64,000 bases of DNA, taken from positions 384,001 through 448,000 of the forward strand of contig CP060223.1 in the NCBI GenBank assembly GCA_023898465.1. The letters are read 5' to 3'. Below are positions 59,152 through 64,000 of the stretch, piece by piece (position 1 is the first letter of the stretch; every line of letters begins with the position of its first letter). The DNA comes from Candidatus Nomurabacteria bacterium. Its GTDB lineage: Bacteria > Patescibacteriota > Patescibacteriia > HK-STAS-PATE-3. The position numbers were made by a program, and so were the translations under genes. The notes under the pieces were generated by a model. The model saw only the letters and a list, made by a program, of their open reading frames with translations. It was not told where the DNA came from and made no database searches.

Positions 59152-59632
59152 GTGCAGTTTCCTTTGACCAATCAAATGCTATTTTTGGATCGTCATACTT
59201 TAGACGTTTTTCATCCGGGTTCGCTGGATTATACGAAGAAGTAGTGTGATAAAACAAAATGACCGGGTCTTGGCTCATCACTTTATATCCATGCGCGACA
59301 CCAATTGGAATAACAATCACCTTATAATCATCCTTGCCTGCAAAAAGGACTTGAGTCTCCCCCTTTGTTGGAGAATCTTCACGTAGGTCATGAAGCACGA
59401 CCATTGCTTTTCCGGTCGCCACAAACCACAAATCATCTTGATGCTCGTGATAGTGAAAAGCTTTAATAGTACCTTCATACGCGACGGTCATGGTGCTTTG
59501 CCCGAAGCGCTGAAGCAACATGTCATCATCACGTAACACTTCCATTAAAAAACCAGGCTTACCCACATCTTCATCCCGGTCAGGTATGTCTTGATGCACC
59601 GTCAATTTTTTTATTTTTACACCTTCAATCAT
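59138..59632 (-). CDS. rmlC: Cupin-fold dTDP-4-dehydrorhamnose 3,5-epimerase-like protein
   Basis: About 165 aa cupin with the His-rich segment KAFHYHEHQDDLWFVATGKAMVV. The rmlC assignment rests on context (rmlA, rmlB and rmlD nearby) and is tentative. Confidence 0.45.
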
Positions 59633-60017
59633 CGTGAGAAATGCTGCGAATATCAGCACTCAGTATACTCCAGGCGAGGATACCGGTCAACGCAGCGACA
59701 ATCCATCCACCCAAGCCAAAATCCTTAAGTAATAACCCAGTAAGAATAAGCGTAACAACACTTCCTAGTAATGGAAACACGATGCGGAGTAAGGTCACTG
59801 AATTTTCTTCTGACTGCTCAAATATATGTGCGTCCTGCGCAATGGTCAGTACGCCAATGAGAATCACTGTCCCAACGAGATAAGGGTAGGAAATAAAATT
59901 CTGAGGGAAATGACTGACAAAGGGATCAATCAATAATAAAATAAAAGTAAAGCAAAGCAGAGCAGCAAAAATATCACGGGCGAGGATATTAAATTTTGGT
60001 TCAGGTGAATGATCCAT
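59625..60017 (-). CDS. Hypothetical membrane protein (130 aa)
   Basis: Three or four TM helices. Confidence 0.4.
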   Translation of the reverse strand: MDHSPEPKFNILARDIFAALLCFTFILLLIDPFVSHFPQNFISYPYLVGTVILIGVLTIAQDAHIFEQSEENSVTLLRIVFPLLGSVVTLILTGLLLKDFGLGGWIVAALTGILAWSILSADIRSISHDD

Positions 60018-60021
60018 GATA

Positions 60022-60864
60022 CTAGTTTAAAACACGTGACCAAAGGGGCGTCTTGGTAAATTGTGTCTGTAACCAATCAAGATTTACCCTACCTGCATCA
60101 GACTGCATAGATGGTGCACGTAGAGAAAAATAAAATCGATTATCGTTTACAAACAAGCTTGGTAGATGGAAAGTCAACTCAGCAACCGACCATTGACCAT
60201 CTGGGATTGGTGGACGATAAGTGCTAAGTATTTCATCATAAGATAAAAGTTCATCGACTGTACTTGGCTCTACCTCTATTCCACTCATCTCAGGAAGTAT
60301 TACTTCGGCTGATAGATCATTCCTTACCTGGCTTAAACCGGGCGCATACCAAGCTAATGCAAGGTTCGGATGATCATCACTTGCAAAAAATTCATCGATT
60401 GTGTTAAAACGTTTTTCTTTTTGCCAAAGTCGTACACTGCCATTGTCTAATACATGCCAGGTAAGATTATCAAGTGCATCACTTTTAATAGGGATATTTA
60501 CTGGCGGGATATCTAGCCTTGTTTGCGGATTAAGAAAAACAATAGGTCGATCTTGATTTTGAAATCGGAGGCGCATCTGAATATCTACAAACGCAACACT
60601 CGGACGTACCGTAAAGCGCAATTCCTGGTCAATAAAATACTGTGGCTTATTGGAGGAGCTGGACTCAGTTAATTGCAGTCGAGTTGGATCATCCACTTTA
60701 ACTATTGACGAGGAATCATGAAAATCTGTCCGGAGTGTTACTACGCCAAAAGCGCCGGTGTACTGTCCGGCTAACCAAATAAGCACTGCGAAAGGTGACA
60801 GCCAAATAAAAATCCGCAAAACAAGGATTGTCTTATTTTTTTTCTCAGCAGGTATTTCTTCCAT
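60022..60864 (-). CDS. Hypothetical membrane-anchored protein
   Basis: N-terminal TM plus a soluble domain of about 240 aa. The start is chosen at the internal MEEIPAEKK. Confidence 0.4.
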   Translation of the reverse strand: MEEIPAEKKNKTILVLRIFIWLSPFAVLIWLAGQYTGAFGVVTLRTDFHDSSSIVKVDDPTRLQLTESSSSNKPQYFIDQELRFTVRPSVAFVDIQMRLRFQNQDRPIVFLNPQTRLDIPPVNIPIKSDALDNLTWHVLDNGSVRLWQKEKRFNTIDEFFASDDHPNLALAWYAPGLSQVRNDLSAEVILPEMSGIEVEPSTVDELLSYDEILSTYRPPIPDGQWSVAELTFHLPSLFVNDNRFYFSLRAPSMQSDAGRVNLDWLQTQFTKTPLWSRVLN

Positions 60865-60868
60865 GTGT

Positions 60869-62476
60869 TTATCTTTCCAGGGTATAGAGACTGAGTCCAC
60901 CCTCCAAGGGACTAACTAAACGCCAGCTGCGTCCAGTCTGCTGCGCATAGGCTTGTAATTGCGCTGCTTCCACCTCGCCCCAAACTATAGCATAGACAGG
61001 TACTTTTTCGACAAGCGCATTTGCCGCACGTTGATGTTCTGCTTGTAATACATTGTATCCAATCACTTTTCGTAATGGCCAAAATACCTTGTCTTGATCT
61101 CGAGCTAGCAATACTCCATTTGAGGGAACTTTTTCCAGCACTGTCTCTTTATTATAGCTTGCAATATTTTCTTGCACCTCGCGATCAAGTGCCAGCCCAT
61201 AGAGAGGATCAGCATAAATTCGTGTCAGGGAAAACAGCATGAGTATGAACAAAAGGAAGAGCGAAATTTTCTTACCAAAACGTATTCTGTGTAAAAGAAA
61301 ATGCAAAGCGACTACCATAAAAGGCACAAGGAGTAGGAGTCCCGGCATAAGGTAACGCAAATATGATGATCCAAAGAGCAATACTGACGGGTCAAGAAAT
61401 TCGCTAAAGGTGAAACTCCCGTAAAGCAACACTAAATAGAGCAAGGAAAAAAGTGTTACCCAAGCAAAGGCAAATGCTTCACGGTTTTGTTTTGCACCAC
61501 GGAAGATGACGAGGAGTAAGCCAATAAGTCCAAGAATAGTCCATACGCCTAAAAAAGATGAGAGGTAATGGACAACAACTTGAGCAATCTGTCTGATTTG
61601 AATACCAAAAGGAAAAAAGAGGTGACCAAGACTTACCCAAAGTGCGGTCAGACTATTTAAGTGAACTCCGTTATTTGTTGCACTATCAGTAATCGTATAA
61701 CCAGTGCTGAGAAAATTGCCAAAGGTGAGCTGCTGGTAATACGCAATCGGAATAAAACACAACACGAAAATTACTGCGATAAGGAAAAGGTGACTCCATG
61801 GAACTTTTTGACGAACTACTATCCAATAGAGAGCAAAAGCTGGTAGCACCCAGACCAATTCCGAGGTTCTTATGACTAGCGTCATACCTAGCATTACCGC
61901 AAAACCAATTGCGTCAACAATCCTCTTCTTTCCTAACCACCTCACAAAGAAAAACCAGGCAATAAATAGGAAGTCAACAAAAATAGTGTTATGCCAAAGC
62001 GGTCGGTGATTATAAAACCAGAAAATCGGATGGATAAGCCACAAGACAGAACTCAACCACCCGACCTGACTATTCCAGATTCGACGAAAAAGCGCAAAAA
62101 CAAAAAAACTTGTGAATATACTTATCGCTGCTGTAAAAAATGGCAACGCTGCTTCACCAAAAATACGAATACCTAGCCCATAGAACAAAGGCAATCCTAG
62201 CCATGAAGCCGGAACAATACTATCCCCGATTGCGCGCATGCTACGTGGATGCAGTAATCCGCCTGCTAAAGACTCAAGCGACTCCTCTATGACAAATGAA
62301 CCTGTGCGAGCATAGTGTCGAGCAAAAAATGCATTAGCCGTCTCATCAGGAGATCCGTATGTTTGCGTGCCGTGTAAACCAAAAGTATAGAGAAAAAACA
62401 TAACAAGCCCAAGAGCTGCTAAAGCCCAAAACGGTCGAGCTGCTTTGTCCTGTAGTACTGAAGTAAATGTCGACAT
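60869..62476 (-). CDS. GT-C fold glycosyltransferase (ArnT / PMT-like)
   Basis: The N-terminal YGSPDETANAFFARHYARTGSF motif (DE in the first periplasmic loop) and at least 12 TM helices. Confidence 0.65.
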   Translation of the reverse strand: MSTFTSVLQDKAARPFWALAALGLVMFFLYTFGLHGTQTYGSPDETANAFFARHYARTGSFVIEESLESLAGGLLHPRSMRAIGDSIVPASWLGLPLFYGLGIRIFGEAALPFFTAAISIFTSFFVFALFRRIWNSQVGWLSSVLWLIHPIFWFYNHRPLWHNTIFVDFLFIAWFFFVRWLGKKRIVDAIGFAVMLGMTLVIRTSELVWVLPAFALYWIVVRQKVPWSHLFLIAVIFVLCFIPIAYYQQLTFGNFLSTGYTITDSATNNGVHLNSLTALWVSLGHLFFPFGIQIRQIAQVVVHYLSSFLGVWTILGLIGLLLVIFRGAKQNREAFAFAWVTLFSLLYLVLLYGSFTFSEFLDPSVLLFGSSYLRYLMPGLLLLVPFMVVALHFLLHRIRFGKKISLFLLFILMLFSLTRIYADPLYGLALDREVQENIASYNKETVLEKVPSNGVLLARDQDKVFWPLRKVIGYNVLQAEHQRAANALVEKVPVYAIVWGEVEAAQLQAYAQQTGRSWRLVSPLEGGLSLYTLER

Positions 62477-62543
62477 AGCTATTTTAGTATACTGGAGGAC
62501 CTATGGCTTTACAATTTAGGGCGAAGGTCCATACAATGCAAGT

Positions 62544-62903
62544 ATGAATACCTACTTACGAGAAATTACCGTTCATGCACTCCTCATATTCATCGCCTCG
62601 TGTATAGTTGGACTCTTTTGGCTAAAAATTACAGAGTCAATCATATTCGGCCTAGGAATCACGGGGGTACTTTTTATTCCTGGTGCCATCTGGCTGGAAA
62701 TTATTACGCAGGGACAACTTCATTCTTTTGTCCGTCTTCTCCTTCGCGTACTACTTTCGGCTATTCTTGTGGGCGTTACCTTGCTAGCGCTGAACAGGTT
62801 GGGAATAGCATTCAGTCAAACAGTGGTCTTACTCAGTTTATCCATACTAAGTGGAATCGGAATACTTATCTTAGTATTACAGCACAGGAGTAAAAAAACG
62901 TGA
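62544..62903 (+). CDS. Small 4-TM membrane protein (GtrA/ArnE-like size class)
   Basis: 119 aa with four hydrophobic helices. Confidence 0.35.
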   Translation: MNTYLREITVHALLIFIASCIVGLFWLKITESIIFGLGITGVLFIPGAIWLEIITQGQLHSFVRLLLRVLLSAILVGVTLLALNRLGIAFSQTVVLLSLSILSGIGILILVLQHRSKKT

Positions 62904-63784
62904 CTTTGGGAATTATTCTCTCTTTTATTGCTGCGATTTTTTGGGCGAGCAGCAATATTATCGATAAAATAGTTATCACGCATCATATCGAACGCCCAGG
63001 ACAAATAATGATCATAATAAGCGGCCTCTATACTGTTATAGGTGGTGGAATATTATTTTTTATCCAAGAGCCTGTTCGGCTAACTCATATGCCTATACTT
63101 CTGGCCTGTGGAGCATTATGGACACTCATGGGATACACTTACTTCATTGCCATTTCCCGAGAAGAAATTTCTCGCGTAGTTCCTCTTTTTGCTTTTATAC
63201 CAGCTTTCACCGCGATGCTCGGTGCTATTTTTTTGCATGAAATTTTTGCCTTCACCACCTATCTTGGCATTGCCGGACTCATCTTCGGGACCTTTCTCAT
63301 ACTTTCCCGCGGCTCACTTGCTTCAGTGTTTAAAAACAAGTCGCTGAGCATAATGCTCCTTAGCTCGTCCTCCATTGCCGTGTACAACATCCTGAGTAAA
63401 TATGTTTTAGATTACTATTCATATTGGACAGTCTTTGCCTGGATAACGCTTTTTACCGCCTTGATTGGATGGATAATATTTTTTCCACATATTAAAGGTG
63501 TACGTGAAAATTTAAAAAAAGGCTGGGATGGCACACTTCTCTATGTTGGGTCAGAAATTATTGCGCACTTTGCAGCACTTATCTACACCGCTGCAATAGC
63601 TGTCTGGTACGTCACTTTAGCGAGTAGCATTATCACCGTACAATATCTCTTCCTTTTTCTTTTCACGATCCTTCTCGCAAAGTGGAAACCCAATTTAGTA
63701 CCTGAATTGCTCAATCGCAAAATAGCCGCGCAAAAAATAATTGCGATCCTTTTCATAATATTGGGCGTGGTGCTAATTAGTTAG
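62900..63784 (+). CDS. DMT-superfamily (EamA-like) transporter
   Basis: 294 aa with 10 TM helices and duplicated EamA-like halves. Confidence 0.5.
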   Translation: MTLGIILSFIAAIFWASSNIIDKIVITHHIERPGQIMIIISGLYTVIGGGILFFIQEPVRLTHMPILLACGALWTLMGYTYFIAISREEISRVVPLFAFIPAFTAMLGAIFLHEIFAFTTYLGIAGLIFGTFLILSRGSLASVFKNKSLSIMLLSSSSIAVYNILSKYVLDYYSYWTVFAWITLFTALIGWIIFFPHIKGVRENLKKGWDGTLLYVGSEIIAHFAALIYTAAIAVWYVTLASSIITVQYLFLFLFTILLAKWKPNLVPELLNRKIAAQKIIAILFIILGVVLIS

Positions 63785-64000
63785 CCTTTAACTACAGACC
63801 GCAATGCCTGAGCAAAGCCCTCAGCCATTCTTTCGTAGCTGAAGTTTACGATGCGCTCCTTTGACGCACGACCAAATTGCTCACGCAGACTTGATTGACT
63901 TGCTAAGGTATCAAGTGCGCGAGTAAGTGTGTTGGTATCCCCTGCTCTCACTATAAAGCCGTTCACATCGTCTTGCACAAGATCATTTGCTGATCCGACC
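63781..64000 (-). CDS. Glycosyltransferase family 4, C-terminal part (gene continues beyond the window end)
   Basis: ...VQDDVNGFIVRAGDTNTLTRALDTL... is the typical GT4 C-terminus. The reading frame stays open to position 64000. Confidence 0.5.
   Translation of the reverse strand, partial: VGSANDLVQDDVNGFIVRAGDTNTLTRALDTLASQSSLREQFGRASKERIVNFSYERMAEGFAQALRSVVKG

Overview
This 64-kb window reads as a compact, gene-dense bacterial chromosome segment of roughly 45% GC with many 1-10 nt gene overlaps. The gene content and architecture suggest a Patescibacteria/CPR-like organism, possibly Saccharibacteria-like; that placement is inference with low confidence. Five blocks make up the window:

- **Minus-strand block (1-33697, about 40 genes):** A partial mreB is followed by proS, rseP, frr, a BNR-repeat beta-propeller lipoprotein and holB. 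Next comes a Wzx/Wzy-type surface-glycan locus. It holds two GT4, four GT2, a Wzy-like ligase/polymerase, a Wzx flippase, a DUF4012-like protein and a second mreB paralog. An r-protein/RNAP operon follows, running infA-rpmJ-rpsM-rpsK-rpsD-rpoA-rplQ-rplM-rpsI, with rpoA lacking the alpha-CTD. Beyond a 467-nt non-coding gap sit a PPC(DUF296)-NUDIX(MutT-like)-NADAR(YbiA-like) operon, secA and a short hpf. The block ends with a reduced dcw cluster, mraY-murD-ftsW-murG-murC-murB.
- **Plus-strand block (33698-45955):** A GT-C (PMT/ArnT-like) glycosyltransferase is followed by a type IV pilus operon, then rpmA. The pilus operon runs pilB-pilC, a giant 735-aa prepilin-like protein, a 200-aa pseudopilin, a 619-aa anchor protein, pilM-pilN-pilO and a 91-aa membrane protein.
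- **45987-52080:** pyrG, rplI, a Ctp S41 peptidase and murA lie on the minus strand, with a PEGA protein on the plus strand.
- **rml region (52083-59660):** rmlA-rmlD-rmlB are separated from ahcY-pfkB kinase-rmlC by a roughly 2.2-kb patch that is GC- and codon-atypical (about 55-60% GC, GC3-rich). The patch carries its own near-consensus sigma70 promoters and rho-independent terminators. It encodes four small plus-strand ORFs of unknown function: a hyper-acidic 96-aa protein, a 122-aa GTG-start protein and a tandem pair of paralogous proteins of about 105 aa each. This patch is the best candidate in the window for a horizontally acquired, undescribed accessory module.
- **Window end (59625-64000):** Membrane proteins, a second GT-C enzyme paired with DMT/EamA and small 4-TM proteins, and a partial GT4.

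No rRNA, tRNA, CRISPR array, transposase or integrase was recognised. Coordinates for promoters and hairpins are read by eye and may be off by 1-2 nt.
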